64,000 bases of DNA from an uncultured Gammaproteobacteria bacterium (GTDB lineage Bacteria > Patescibacteriota > Microgenomatia > UBA8517), in the NCBI GenBank assembly GCA_965231135.1, contig OZ246419.1:81028-145027 (forward strand), written 5' to 3'. Positions 28,734-38,484 of this stretch are shown here, piece after piece. The translations under genes were made by a program, and so were the position numbers. Position 1 is the first letter of the stretch. Each line of letters opens with the position of its first letter. The notes below the pieces were generated by a model. That model searched no databases. It saw nothing but the letters and a program-made list of their open reading frames with translations, and was not told where the DNA came from.

Positions 28734-28821
28734 GGTGAGGTCGCATAGTGGCCTAGTGCGTTGGTCTTGAAAACCAATATAGGGAATTTCCCTATCGAGA
28801 GTTCGAATCTCTCCCTCACCG
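28734..28821 (+). tRNA. tRNA-Ser(TGA)
   Basis: Anticodon arm TTGGT-CTTGAAA-ACCAA; long variable arm. Confidence 0.95.
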
Positions 28822-28828
28822 CTTAGTT

Positions 28829-29407
28829 ATGGCAAAAACTGAAGAAGAAAGAATTCAAGAAGAGTTAGATAAATTACAAGTTACAAAGAAAGTGATTCGA
28901 GATAGTATTGGAGGTTTAAGTCCTTTTTTTATGGGTTTAGCGGCAGAAAGTCTAGGATTAGAAAAAACTTCCGAAGGAGATTGGACAGAAGAAGAATATT
29001 TTGAAGCTTTGGAGGATTTCGATACCGAGAAAGCCGGAGAAAGAGCGCAAAAAGTGGGAATGATGATTAATTCTCTTGGCGAAGAATTATCAGAGGAGGA
29101 TCAACAAATTCCTGAATGGCAATTATTATTTGCGGCTTTTAATGAAATCAATGATAAATTGGTGAAGTTTCCTCAAATTGTTGATGATTTATTTTCTGAA
29201 AGAATGCCGATATTCTTATCTGTAGATTTATGGAGAAAAGCGTCTTTTTTAAGTCATATGGCATGGAGATACCAAGAACAGCAGCAAGCTACTAAACAAC
29301 CGATTGAGTGGTTGAGAAGTAAAGATATCGAAATCGCGTGGAATGAAAATCATGATATTGGAATAAGCGAACTCTATCAAAAATTCATGGATGGATATTA
29401 TGATTAG
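28829..29407 (+). CDS. Acidic hypothetical protein
   Basis: 192-aa ORF directly after a tRNA. Confidence 0.55.
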   Translation: MAKTEEERIQEELDKLQVTKKVIRDSIGGLSPFFMGLAAESLGLEKTSEGDWTEEEYFEALEDFDTEKAGERAQKVGMMINSLGEELSEEDQQIPEWQLLFAAFNEINDKLVKFPQIVDDLFSERMPIFLSVDLWRKASFLSHMAWRYQEQQQATKQPIEWLRSKDIEIAWNENHDIGISELYQKFMDGYYD

Positions 29408-29408
29408 T

Positions 29409-30035
29409 TTATCTTGCAATAGTTAAGCCAAAGACTTTTTGAGCCCCACTTTTCTTTAAAATTCTTATTGCTTCCTGGATAGTTGAGCCGGTTGTTGCGA
29501 CGTCATCAAAAACTATGAAAGTTGGATCAGATCCTTCGACTGCGCTCAGGATGGCTCGCAGAGCCTCGTCATTTACCGCAAATTTTCCGCGAATATTCCG
29601 TACCCGTTCAATTGACTTTAAACCAACTTGGGTTTTGCCTTGTGAGGTTCTTGTTAAAATATTATTATCAAATCCCCAATTTAGCTTCTCTGATAACAAT
29701 TTTCCTACTATTTCTGATTGATTAAAGCCACGCCAATTCTCACGGGATTTGTGCAATGGAATTGGCAATAAAACACACTTTTGAGGAAAAGAATGTTTAA
29801 AATTTTCAACTGTCAAATCTGCTAACTCTTTTCCCAAATCAAAGGCGAATTTATATTTTAGTTTTATTATTCCCTTTTGAATTATTCCATCATAGGCAAA
29901 AACTGAAAAAGTTTTAGTTGCCGGATCAAATCTATTTAAAATATGGACTTTGGAAACGCAATCTTCACAGAAATATTTTCCAGATTTATTACAATTAAGA
30001 CAAGTTTTAGGGAAAACAAGATCTAAAAGATCCAT
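29409..30035 (-). CDS. comF: ComF family amidophosphoribosyltransferase-like protein
   Basis: FPK.C..C zinc ribbon, PIPLH..R...RGFNQ and FDDVATTGST motifs. Confidence 0.9.
   Translation of the reverse strand: MDLLDLVFPKTCLNCNKSGKYFCEDCVSKVHILNRFDPATKTFSVFAYDGIIQKGIIKLKYKFAFDLGKELADLTVENFKHSFPQKCVLLPIPLHKSRENWRGFNQSEIVGKLLSEKLNWGFDNNILTRTSQGKTQVGLKSIERVRNIRGKFAVNDEALRAILSAVEGSDPTFIVFDDVATTGSTIQEAIRILKKSGAQKVFGLTIAR
29531..29552 (+). repeat. REP-like hairpin inside comF
   Basis: ATCC-TTCGACTGCGCTCA-GGAT; translated as ILSAVEGS. Confidence 0.75.
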
Positions 30036-30054
30036 CCTGATATATAATAAGGTC

Positions 30055-30480
30055 ATGAAAGTTGAAAACAAAAGAGCATTTTTTAATTATTTTATCGAAG
30101 AAAGAATCGAAGCCGGAGTTGTACTTACCGGAGGCGAAGCGCGTGCAATTCGCGAAGGACACATAAATTTGAGCAATGCTTATGCCAAAATACTTTCTAA
30201 TGAAGTTTATTTAGTGAATGCAGTTGTACCTATAACTGGCGCCAAAAATTATAACCAATCAAGAAGCCGTAAATTATTACTGAAGAGAAGCGAAATAATA
30301 GCTTTGGAAACAAAAATGAAGCAAAAAAAGCTAACTTTAGTGCCTACAAAAGTTTATACAAAACAAAGATTGGTGAAAGTTGAACTTGGGCTTGCTAAGG
30401 CAAAACATGAATATGAAAAGAAGGAAAGCTTGAAACAAAAAGATATTGAACGAGATATTGAAATGAACCTGAAAAATTGA
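30055..30480 (+). CDS. smpB: SsrA-binding protein
   Basis: NKRAFFNY..IEAGVVLTGGE, RSRKLLL and LTLVP motifs; adjacent to tmRNA. Confidence 0.95.
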   Translation: MKVENKRAFFNYFIEERIEAGVVLTGGEARAIREGHINLSNAYAKILSNEVYLVNAVVPITGAKNYNQSRSRKLLLKRSEIIALETKMKQKKLTLVPTKVYTKQRLVKVELGLAKAKHEYEKKESLKQKDIERDIEMNLKN

Positions 30481-30514
30481 CTTTTAGGTTCAAAAAACAT
30501 ATAATATTTGCATT

Positions 30515-30928
30515 GGGGACGATCGGTTTCGACGTTTTAAGTACTTTGAAAATTAGCAAGCAGACATTGAATCTAAGTCTTAACCTAGATTCAAAAAACA
30601 AAAGCTAAATCTAACGATCAAGCTTCTGAAGTAAATCCTTTAATGGCTTTACTTGGTGTTGGTTCTAACCAATCAGCACTTGCTTTTGCTTAATACTAAG
30701 CAAAGCGCGGCATTCTTTTAATTGATCTCGACCATTTAAAAAGAGTGTAAGAAAGAACGAGATAGATATTAATCTTCGATTTAGGATTAAATATCGAAAA
30801 ATTAAATCTTACTTTAAATTTATTTGGTTATTTTAATATTTAGAGGACATTTTTAAACAACATAAGCTTGTAGAACTAATTTCAAAAAACTTTTACGGAC
30901 GAGGGTTCAATTCCCTCCGTCTCCACCA
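30515..30928 (+). ncRNA. ssrA: tmRNA
   Basis: 5' GGGGACGATCGGTTTCGAC; 3' GACGAGGGTTCAATTCCCTCCGTCTCCACCA; tag ORF at about 30604-30693 ending in ALAFA. Confidence 0.95.
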
Positions 30929-30929
30929 A

Positions 30930-32774
30930 TTAGAGGTTTTTAACGTCTAGGGAATATAATTTGCTTCCTTCAAGAAGAATTATTTTTTTGTCGGTTTCTG
31001 AAACAACTAATTTTGTAGCGTTTTTGATATTGTCATTTAAATATTCACCTTTATAATTACCATCTTTATCTACGACCAATACCCTACTATTTCCAGGATC
31101 AAGAATATATAAATAGTTTGAGTCTTGGGTGGTAAAGATATCTGTAGCTTTAAGGGGTTCGTCAGGATTTTTAAGAGAAAAATCAATTGGGTTACCGCCT
31201 GAAAATCTTAAAATATTTCCATCGCTTGAAAGCAACCAAATATTTCCGTCTATCGTCCAAGCAATTACATTTGATAAATCGGGCTTCACGCCGTCTCCAA
31301 ACCAATTTGTTTTAGCATCGAAATTTCCACCATCACCTGCATAACGCCAGACTGCACTATTGTTTTTATCGAGTAAATATAAATTTCCTGTGTAGGCATA
31401 AATTAAATTATTATTTCCAACACTTGTGTCTGGAGGAATAATATTTGTTGCGCTTTCAACTTCTATATCCCAAATGCCGCCACTACTTGTGACAAAATTG
31501 CGGTCTGAATAAGCTGCAACCATATTTGCATCTGGCATAACATCAGGCCCTGCCACAGGAGTTGCCTGAGATGTTCCGATCACTATACTTTCAAGAATTT
31601 TCTTATTTTTATCCAGGACAACCATTCTGTCATCTGAAGCTGCAATATCATCACCATGAAAATTACTGCTTAACAATGTCAAATCCAGATACATATTTGG
31701 TGTATCTTCATAAATTCCTGCGATTTGGCCAAGGGCACTATTAATATTATTTGAAAGAGATGAAATTTCCGGATCTTTAATATTTTTTGCAATCAATCCA
31801 TCAACCTGGGTCTTTGCTTGCAGAATTAAATCACGAGCTTGACCATTATTTACACTTGCAATACTTTGAGCCTCATCAAGGTCGTGTTGAGCTGAACTTA
31901 AAATTGGCTGGTACTGTGCTTGAAGGCTTAATTTGCTTTGTTGTTTTTTGCCAAAAATAATACTTATAAATAAAAGTAAAAGAAGAATTGCTCCTGCTCC
32001 TGTTGCTATTTTTCTTTTTTTATAACTGACGGGATTGTTTAAATCGCTTTTAACATAAACTTCTTTATTTGGAAACGGAAGAATAGTTAAAATCCTGTCT
32101 ATAATTCCTGCCAAGGCAAGGCGGACTGGACTAATTGGCTTTTTAATATTCTCTTTTGGAATTGGTGCGATCTTGGGGACTGGAATATCAGGCAAATCTT
32201 CCTGAACAGGCGCTGTTGTTGATTCTTCTTTTATAGATTCAAATTTTAGAGAAATTAAACAATCAGAATTTTGCAAAGTTTTATCATTTAACTCGTAAGT
32301 GTTTTTGGTAAAGACGGAAGCGGTTCCAAGGAAAAATTCATCACCATTTAAAATATTTCCTGAAATTGCAGTAATTTCATTCGGATTATCAATAAGCTTT
32401 GAAACAGATTCTCCTCTTTTTACCCAGCCTTCAATATTACCAGCACCTGCAAGAATAATTTTTTCTCCAATAACTGCTGCAGATATGATTTGTAAAGAAT
32501 CTGAAGGAGTTGAAAATGTTTTTAAGATTTCTTCTACAGAATTTTTGAAGTGATTAAAAATATCTCCACTATTACTATTTATGTAAATTTCTTCCAAGCG
32601 AGTGGTAATTTCTTTCCCAAGCTCTGGATGAGAATTATTCATCGAGACAACTGTGAATATGCGGCCTTTAGTGTTAAATAATTCTTCGCTTATTGGCGTG
32701 AAGTCAGCAGAATATACCCAACCGGAAGGGTCAGGATTTCCAGCAAACTTACCGCGGATAATTTTAAAATTCAC
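30930..32774 (-). CDS. Membrane protein: degenerate PP2C-like N-terminus, one TM, C-terminal NHL-like beta-propeller
   Basis: GDEFFLGT, central TM, repeated LY.LD motifs. Confidence 0.6.
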   Translation of the reverse strand: MNFKIIRGKFAGNPDPSGWVYSADFTPISEELFNTKGRIFTVVSMNNSHPELGKEITTRLEEIYINSNSGDIFNHFKNSVEEILKTFSTPSDSLQIISAAVIGEKIILAGAGNIEGWVKRGESVSKLIDNPNEITAISGNILNGDEFFLGTASVFTKNTYELNDKTLQNSDCLISLKFESIKEESTTAPVQEDLPDIPVPKIAPIPKENIKKPISPVRLALAGIIDRILTILPFPNKEVYVKSDLNNPVSYKKRKIATGAGAILLLLLFISIIFGKKQQSKLSLQAQYQPILSSAQHDLDEAQSIASVNNGQARDLILQAKTQVDGLIAKNIKDPEISSLSNNINSALGQIAGIYEDTPNMYLDLTLLSSNFHGDDIAASDDRMVVLDKNKKILESIVIGTSQATPVAGPDVMPDANMVAAYSDRNFVTSSGGIWDIEVESATNIIPPDTSVGNNNLIYAYTGNLYLLDKNNSAVWRYAGDGGNFDAKTNWFGDGVKPDLSNVIAWTIDGNIWLLSSDGNILRFSGGNPIDFSLKNPDEPLKATDIFTTQDSNYLYILDPGNSRVLVVDKDGNYKGEYLNDNIKNATKLVVSETDKKIILLEGSKLYSLDVKNL

Positions 32775-33001
32775 AGAGTAAAGGCAAAAATGAGCAGTGA
32801 AACTGCAAAAATTAAATGAACAATTCCTAAGATTTTGATTGGTAATTCAAAAGTTAAATTTACTGTCTCACTCATGATTTCAATCTGACGAACAACAACT
32901 AGAGCAAAAACGGAATATACGGAAAGACCGATAATGAAAAATATTTTTAAAATACTATCAATATTTACTGCTGCTGGTATTGCTATGGTTGTTACTGGCA
33001 T
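32771..33001 (-). CDS. DUF5657-like two-TM protein
   Basis: Y.VFALVVVRQI..M pattern. Confidence 0.6.
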   Translation of the reverse strand: MPVTTIAIPAAVNIDSILKIFFIIGLSVYSVFALVVVRQIEIMSETVNLTFELPIKILGIVHLIFAVSLLIFAFTL

Positions 33002-33002
33002 T

Positions 33003-33659
33003 TTAAGGATGACTTTCTAATCTTAAGTCTGATAAAAGTTTATCAATTTTATCCGGGTGAGGAACAGCCCAAAATTCTACTTCCGGAACTTCAGCTGCTG
33101 TTTGAATAAGAACATCACCATAATCAAAAAGAGTTCTAATAACAGAGCCCATTTTTACAGTTGCATCTTCAATATGATCAAGCTTGGCATCGGTTACTTT
33201 TCTGTAGATTAAATTATCAAAATCGATATCAATTACACGAAGGTTTGTGACAATGTTAACTGTAAAAAACCAACTTAAAAAACCTTGAATTGCGATTGCA
33301 AGAGTTAAAAGATACCAGAAAAGAACTGCAAGGGTTTGAAATTTTAAAGGAAGAAATCCAAGTAAAGGGAAATAATTTAAGATAGCAGGAGCTACAAGCA
33401 TTATAATGACAAGCGTTATCCAGCCTAAATTAGTAATTACATGGCGCCTTACCAAGAGAATAATTTTTTCGTCTGGCTCTTTATTTATAAAGCCAACACC
33501 ATGGGGAAAGTAACAATAAGCACTTAGAGGATTATGGGTGTGATTTGGCAAGTCTTCGACATTACTAGGATTAATATTAAATTTTTGAGTTTCTCCTGAT
33601 GATGGGTTTACGACTGGATCTGTATCTGGCGCATTTACAAAGACATCTGGCATATTCAA
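33003..33659 (-). CDS. Bacterial PH-domain membrane protein
   Basis: E.I...RRH, IVTN.RVID and YGDVLIQTA..VPHP motifs. Confidence 0.75.
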   Translation of the reverse strand: MNMPDVFVNAPDTDPVVNPSSGETQKFNINPSNVEDLPNHTHNPLSAYCYFPHGVGFINKEPDEKIILLVRRHVITNLGWITLVIIMLVAPAILNYFPLLGFLPLKFQTLAVLFWYLLTLAIAIQGFLSWFFTVNIVTNLRVIDIDFDNLIYRKVTDAKLDHIEDATVKMGSVIRTLFDYGDVLIQTAAEVPEVEFWAVPHPDKIDKLLSDLRLESHP

Positions 33660-33665
33660 AGTATA

Positions 33666-35450
33666 TCAGTCGTGCTCTATATTATAAAGAGGGCCAACAA
33701 TCTGGATATTTGCAGGGGCACGAAGATTAAAATAATTTTTGAAATCATCACCGTTTACAGTCTCATTTCCTGCATCACCTGATGCTGTAATGCTTGTTGT
33801 GCGGCCAGTTGAAAAATCTACATTTACAGAAATATTACTAATATTATTAAAAGGCGTTACTCCTCTACTTTGGAGCTGACTTCTAACCTGGTCAGGACTC
33901 CATGTGTCAGTTCCTTCAGGATTTGGTTTATCAATCTGGTAAAGATGAGACTCGGTGCTATTGTCCTTTTCAGCAAGAAGAGCAGAATTTACAATGTCTG
34001 CTAATTCTGATGGACGAAGCCAGGCTGTGTGGTTGTTTTCAGCGCGCGACCCCCAATCGCAATAAAAAACAGGAGAAGATTTGTCATATGCGTTGTTATT
34101 TAAATCTGAAAAACTATTTACACTTCCGCTTGCGTCAACAAGACGCTTTGTCCAGGGAGTTGACGACCAACCGATGTCACTTGATGTAAATTCAAAACCG
34201 CCATGAGTTGCAGAGAACCAAGCTTTAATAGGATTTCCTCCATTTGTCATAACAATCCCTTTGGTAGCGTCAACTGCTTGCTGCCAGGCATCGTTATTTA
34301 ATTCCTGTTTTACAACCTGACACGATTGTGACGGACAAATGCTTCCTGAACCATTATTGGTATAAGCTAACGCAAAACTTCTTGCCGCTATTGCTTGAGC
34401 TTTAAGAGCTTCAGCAGGCCAATTAGTCGGCATTTCATAAAGGTGTTTCAGATAATCATCAATATTCCAAGTGGTGTCAAAACTTTGGCCAAATTCATTG
34501 GTACCGACAACATGAATATTAATTCCATCATTATAATTTGTTGTGTAATCGGCATTATAGTAAGCTTGTAAAATAGTTTGAGCATTCTGGCCAGCATTTG
34601 CACGGCCTAAAGCTCCATATTGATTTAGGCCAACACGATTTGGAACTCCATAACTAAAAAATGCAAAAGCAGGACTAAAGCCTGGCGATTTAATTGTTGG
34701 AGAAATATCACTACTACATCCTCCATTCAAATCATATGCACTTCGAGAAATACCAAGACTTGCAAGTTTTGCTGCAATAAAAGCTTGTTGCCTTGCTGAG
34801 ATACTTGCAAGATATGCATTTGCTTTAGCAACTTCACCCGCTAAAAATGTTGCCTGACTTGTTACCTGTTTTTGAACTGTACTAAGAGCATCTTGGCTTT
34901 TTTTGAGAGTATCCTGCTCGTTTTTCAAATCATTAATTTGATTTGCGTAAGAAATAATACTATTAGTATCTGCGCTTTGAACCTTTTGTTCTAAAATTAA
35001 TTGCTGAAAAGCCTGATAGGCATTATTTGATAAAAGAATTAAAAAAAGCGGATCACTATTTGTCCTTAACCTTGTGTAATTATCAACAGTTTTTTGATTA
35101 AGAATTGTTTGAGTAAAACCCAAATCACTTTGTTTACTTGCAATAGTTTGAGAATAAATCTTCAATTGATCTGACATTGCAGAAAGACGAGAGTTTATAC
35201 TATTTAATTGGGATTGAAGAGAGCTTAGGTTTTTTTGATTAGTTTGATTTGCTGCAGAAATACTTGAGGCAATTCCACTTAAAATTTGAGTGCATTGATC
35301 AGTTTTTCCTTCAGCAACAATTTGGGCTGGATCTTCGTTTTGACAATCACTATTAATATCTGCCTTTACAACTCGTACTTTTTCTTCTAAAGAAAAAGTT
35401 ACGGCAAAGAAAAGAAAAACAACAAGAATAAATTTTAAAAATTTGGGCAT
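33666..35450 (-). CDS. Coiled-coil plus SpoIID/LytB domain peptidoglycan hydrolase
   Basis: EMP..WP.EALKAQAIAARSFA, QYGA..RA..G and IL..YY motifs; signal peptide; long coiled coil. Confidence 0.85.
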   Translation of the reverse strand: MPKFLKFILVVFLFFAVTFSLEEKVRVVKADINSDCQNEDPAQIVAEGKTDQCTQILSGIASSISAANQTNQKNLSSLQSQLNSINSRLSAMSDQLKIYSQTIASKQSDLGFTQTILNQKTVDNYTRLRTNSDPLFLILLSNNAYQAFQQLILEQKVQSADTNSIISYANQINDLKNEQDTLKKSQDALSTVQKQVTSQATFLAGEVAKANAYLASISARQQAFIAAKLASLGISRSAYDLNGGCSSDISPTIKSPGFSPAFAFFSYGVPNRVGLNQYGALGRANAGQNAQTILQAYYNADYTTNYNDGINIHVVGTNEFGQSFDTTWNIDDYLKHLYEMPTNWPAEALKAQAIAARSFALAYTNNGSGSICPSQSCQVVKQELNNDAWQQAVDATKGIVMTNGGNPIKAWFSATHGGFEFTSSDIGWSSTPWTKRLVDASGSVNSFSDLNNNAYDKSSPVFYCDWGSRAENNHTAWLRPSELADIVNSALLAEKDNSTESHLYQIDKPNPEGTDTWSPDQVRSQLQSRGVTPFNNISNISVNVDFSTGRTTSITASGDAGNETVNGDDFKNYFNLRAPANIQIVGPLYNIEHD

Positions 35451-35515
35451 GATTTATGATAGCTTACCAAGCTATGCTTATTATACAGGACAGTTGTATG
35501 CTAAAATTGGGGTAA

Positions 35516-36283
35516 ATGTTGAAGAAAATAGTCGGCTTATTTATATTTTTGTTTTTAGGATTATTTTTAAAACCTGGGTTGGTTAATGCCGAAACAATGA
35601 CGTGTAGCGAGACCAGCTTTGATTCTTCTAGAAATTTGCAGATTTGTTTAGGAGGTTTCACGAATGCAAATGAAATAAATAAAGTTAGTTTCAGTGCTTC
35701 TTGTACAGGCTCTGGGGCTGGAATTGTTAACGGTACTACTGTTCAGTGTTCATTTTCCCAACAAGATGCTAATTTATCTGGTATTAGTGCCGTTCCAGAT
35801 AATTCAAATCCTGGAACTTATTATGGATGTTTTACATTACCAACCATAAATCCTGAAGTAAAATCGGCTCGTCTTACTTTTATTGATGGATCTTCTTCTT
35901 GTACTTTAAATGCAGACACATCCACAAATGCGAGCGGTGATGTTTTCCCCGGGCAGAATTCTGGTCCTGGAATTACCCCTACTTGTGTAGTAAATGGAGG
36001 TGGAACTGGTATAAATACAGCTGTTGGTTGTATTCCAATTGATAATCAAAGTGATTTGATTGGCTTTTTCTTACGCTGGGCAATTGGAATTGGCGGAGGA
36101 ATTGCGTTTTTGTTAATTCTTTTTGCAGGATTTCAGATTATGACTTCAAGAGGAGATCCAAACAGACTTAAAGCTGGGCAAGAGCTTATGACTTCTGCTA
36201 TTGCAGGACTTTTACTGTTAATTTTTTCAGTAATAATTCTTCGAATCATTGGAGTTGATATACTACAAATAAAAGGACTTTAA
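35516..36283 (+). CDS. T4SS pilin (TrbC/VirB2-like) with an extended Cys-containing N-terminal domain
   Basis: Signal peptide; C-terminal two TMs flanking TSRGDP..LKAG....TSAIAG. Confidence 0.75.
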   Translation: MLKKIVGLFIFLFLGLFLKPGLVNAETMTCSETSFDSSRNLQICLGGFTNANEINKVSFSASCTGSGAGIVNGTTVQCSFSQQDANLSGISAVPDNSNPGTYYGCFTLPTINPEVKSARLTFIDGSSSCTLNADTSTNASGDVFPGQNSGPGITPTCVVNGGGTGINTAVGCIPIDNQSDLIGFFLRWAIGIGGGIAFLLILFAGFQIMTSRGDPNRLKAGQELMTSAIAGLLLLIFSVIILRIIGVDILQIKGL

Positions 36284-36285
36284 AA

Positions 36286-36621
36286 ATGAATTTACTTGCA
36301 CAATCACCTATTGATTTTAATGGTATTCAAAGTAAAGGTGAGCCTGATGCAACTTTTTCTGCCAGTACCAAAATTGGAGATATATTAGCAGCTGCTATCC
36401 CCTGGATATTTACAATTGCCGGCATGGTTCTGCTTGTTTATTTAATTTTTGGAGGAATTCAATTAATGTTATCTCGCGGCGATCCGAAAGCTGCCGGAGC
36501 TGCTAAAGCACACATTACAAATGCGTTAGTTGGATTTATAATTATTTTTATTGCTTATTGGGTTGTACAACTTATTGGAATTGTGTTTTATTTACCGGGG
36601 ATAACAAATATATTTAAATAA
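36286..36621 (+). CDS. T4SS pilin (TrbC/VirB2-like)
   Basis: GG......SRGDPK....AK..ITNALVG between two TMs. Confidence 0.8.
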   Translation: MNLLAQSPIDFNGIQSKGEPDATFSASTKIGDILAAAIPWIFTIAGMVLLVYLIFGGIQLMLSRGDPKAAGAAKAHITNALVGFIIIFIAYWVVQLIGIVFYLPGITNIFK

Positions 36622-36623
36622 TT

Positions 36624-36938
36624 ATGAAATTAATAGCTCAAGGAGTTGATATTGGTTCACAGTTTAACTCTCCATATGGAGAGACAGCTACGCTTGGTAA
36701 TTTAGTATCTTTAATAGTAAAAATTGGATTTGTAGTTTCGGGAGTTTTAATTTTATTTTTTTTAGTATTTGCAGGATTTTCAATTATTCAAGGAGCTGGA
36801 AGCAATAATCCAGATGCCGCTAAGCGCGGGCAGCAGGCAGCAAGTGCCGCTGTAATTGGTTTCGTTGTTGTTTTTGCAGCCTACTGGATAGTTAGACTGA
36901 TTGAGGTTATAATTAAAGTACCTATTATTTCACAATAA
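36624..36938 (+). CDS. T4SS pilin (TrbC/VirB2-like)
   Basis: Same two-TM layout; AG..NP..AK.G....AAVIG. Confidence 0.75.
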   Translation: MKLIAQGVDIGSQFNSPYGETATLGNLVSLIVKIGFVVSGVLILFFLVFAGFSIIQGAGSNNPDAAKRGQQAASAAVIGFVVVFAAYWIVRLIEVIIKVPIISQ

Positions 36939-37298
36939 ATGAGAAACTTAATCGCTCAAGCAACAGCACCAGATATAGGACATGTTCCCCTTCCTACAGC
37001 ACTAAGCAATTTTGGTGATGTGAGCGGTGGCGGAATTGGGAAGTTTTTAAATTTAGTTCTTAAATTACTAATTGTTGGCGGCGGAATTTATGCTCTTTTT
37101 AATTTAGTTTTAGCTGGATATGCATTTTTGTCTGCAGGAGATGACCCGAAAAAAGTTGAGGGTGCGTGGGCAAGAATCTGGCAGACTGCAATAGGATTAC
37201 TGTTTATGGCAGGAGCTTTCGTACTTGCGGCGATATTTGGGAAACTTATATTTAACGACTGGACATTCATTCTTAATCCACAAATTCCAATTATATGA
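36939..37298 (+). CDS. T4SS pilin (TrbC/VirB2-like)
   Basis: SAGDDPKKVE.A...I....IG. Confidence 0.8.
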   Translation: MRNLIAQATAPDIGHVPLPTALSNFGDVSGGGIGKFLNLVLKLLIVGGGIYALFNLVLAGYAFLSAGDDPKKVEGAWARIWQTAIGLLFMAGAFVLAAIFGKLIFNDWTFILNPQIPII

Positions 37299-37654
37299 AA
37301 AATTTAATTGCTGACATACCATTAGGACCAGGGTTTCAAGGAGTGGGACCTTTAGGGACAGGACAAGCATCAGATGCTGGAACAACCTTTAATAGCGCAC
37401 TTTCAAAAGTAATTGGAGTTATGACTGTGGTTGCCTTTATTTGGTTTACTTTTCAAATGGTAATTGGCGCTATTCGCATACTTGCATCTGGCGGAGATAA
37501 AGGGGCAGTTGAAGCAGCACGCAAACAAATTACAACTGGAATTATTGGAGTTGTGATTGTTGTTGCTGCAATCTTTATAGTGAGCTTACTTGGGACAATA
37601 CTTGGGTTGCATAATATTTTGAACCCCATTTGTATAATAAATAATAATTGTTAA
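37295..37654 (+). CDS. T4SS pilin (TrbC/VirB2-like)
   Basis: SGGDKGAVEAARKQITTGIIG. Confidence 0.8.
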   Translation: MKNLIADIPLGPGFQGVGPLGTGQASDAGTTFNSALSKVIGVMTVVAFIWFTFQMVIGAIRILASGGDKGAVEAARKQITTGIIGVVIVVAAIFIVSLLGTILGLHNILNPICIINNNC

Positions 37655-37656
37655 TT

Positions 37657-38037
37657 ATGTATAAAAATTTAATAGCACAAGCACAAGGAGGTAGTGGAGG
37701 TTCTGGAGTTAGTAATGGCGGGATAACTAATCCTGCAATTGGGAGTTTAAATAACAATACTGGAGTAGGTTTTGTACAAGAGCTTATCCCCTCTTTGATT
37801 AGTCTTGCATTTCTTGCCGGTGCAATTTTATTTTTCTTTATGTTACTTATCGGAGGTATTCAGTGGGTGACAAGCGGCGGAGATAAAGGAGCAGTTGAGG
37901 CAGCACGGGGAAGAATTGCACAAGCTTTGGTAGGAATAGTTGTACTTTTTAGTGTTTTTGCTATAATAAAACTCATTGAAGGGTTTTTCGGAATTAATAT
38001 TTTAACTCTTGACATTAACCCTTTAATAATTAAATAA
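37657..38037 (+). CDS. T4SS pilin (TrbC/VirB2-like)
   Basis: GGIQWVTSGGDKGAVEAARGRI..ALVG. Confidence 0.8.
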   Translation: MYKNLIAQAQGGSGGSGVSNGGITNPAIGSLNNNTGVGFVQELIPSLISLAFLAGAILFFFMLLIGGIQWVTSGGDKGAVEAARGRIAQALVGIVVLFSVFAIIKLIEGFFGINILTLDINPLIIK

Positions 38038-38047
38038 TAAAATACAA

Positions 38048-38425
38048 ATGATGAATTTACTCGCACAAGCACAAAGTGGAACAGGCGGAACAACAGGTGA
38101 ACAAACAATTAATTTACAGCCACAAGCTGGTTTAGTTCCCAGTGTTAGCGGTATAACAATAAGTAGTCTTCTGGGTGGTGCAATTAATTTAATTTTGGTA
38201 GCTGCTGCTTTGATCTTTTTTATAATGCTTGTGATTGGTGGAGTTCAGTGGATCCTTTCTGGAGGAGACAAAGGACAAACTGAAGCTGCAAGAGGAAGGA
38301 TTACAGCTGCTTTAATTGGTTTGGTAATAGTATTTGCCGCTTGGGCAATTGCAAGTTTGGTTGGAAGTTTGTTTGGAATTAATATATTTAGTTTGCAGAT
38401 AACTCCAATATCTAGTTTTAAGTAA
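38048..38425 (+). CDS. T4SS pilin (TrbC/VirB2-like)
   Basis: GGVQWILSGGDKGQTEAARGRITAALIG. Confidence 0.8.
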   Translation: MMNLLAQAQSGTGGTTGEQTINLQPQAGLVPSVSGITISSLLGGAINLILVAAALIFFIMLVIGGVQWILSGGDKGQTEAARGRITAALIGLVIVFAAWAIASLVGSLFGINIFSLQITPISSFK

Positions 38426-38484
38426 TTTGATTTATTTCTTGCCTATTCCTTGTTTAATTCTTCTTTTTCATTTACAATTTGATT

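Noticed and set aside
30395-30601. 68-aa minus-strand ORF
   Set aside because: Antisense to smpB and the tmRNA 5' end
33551-33572. Further REP-like copies (AGTCTTCGACATTACTAGGATT; also about 8450 and 46000)
   Set aside because: Core and stems too degenerate to distinguish from chance
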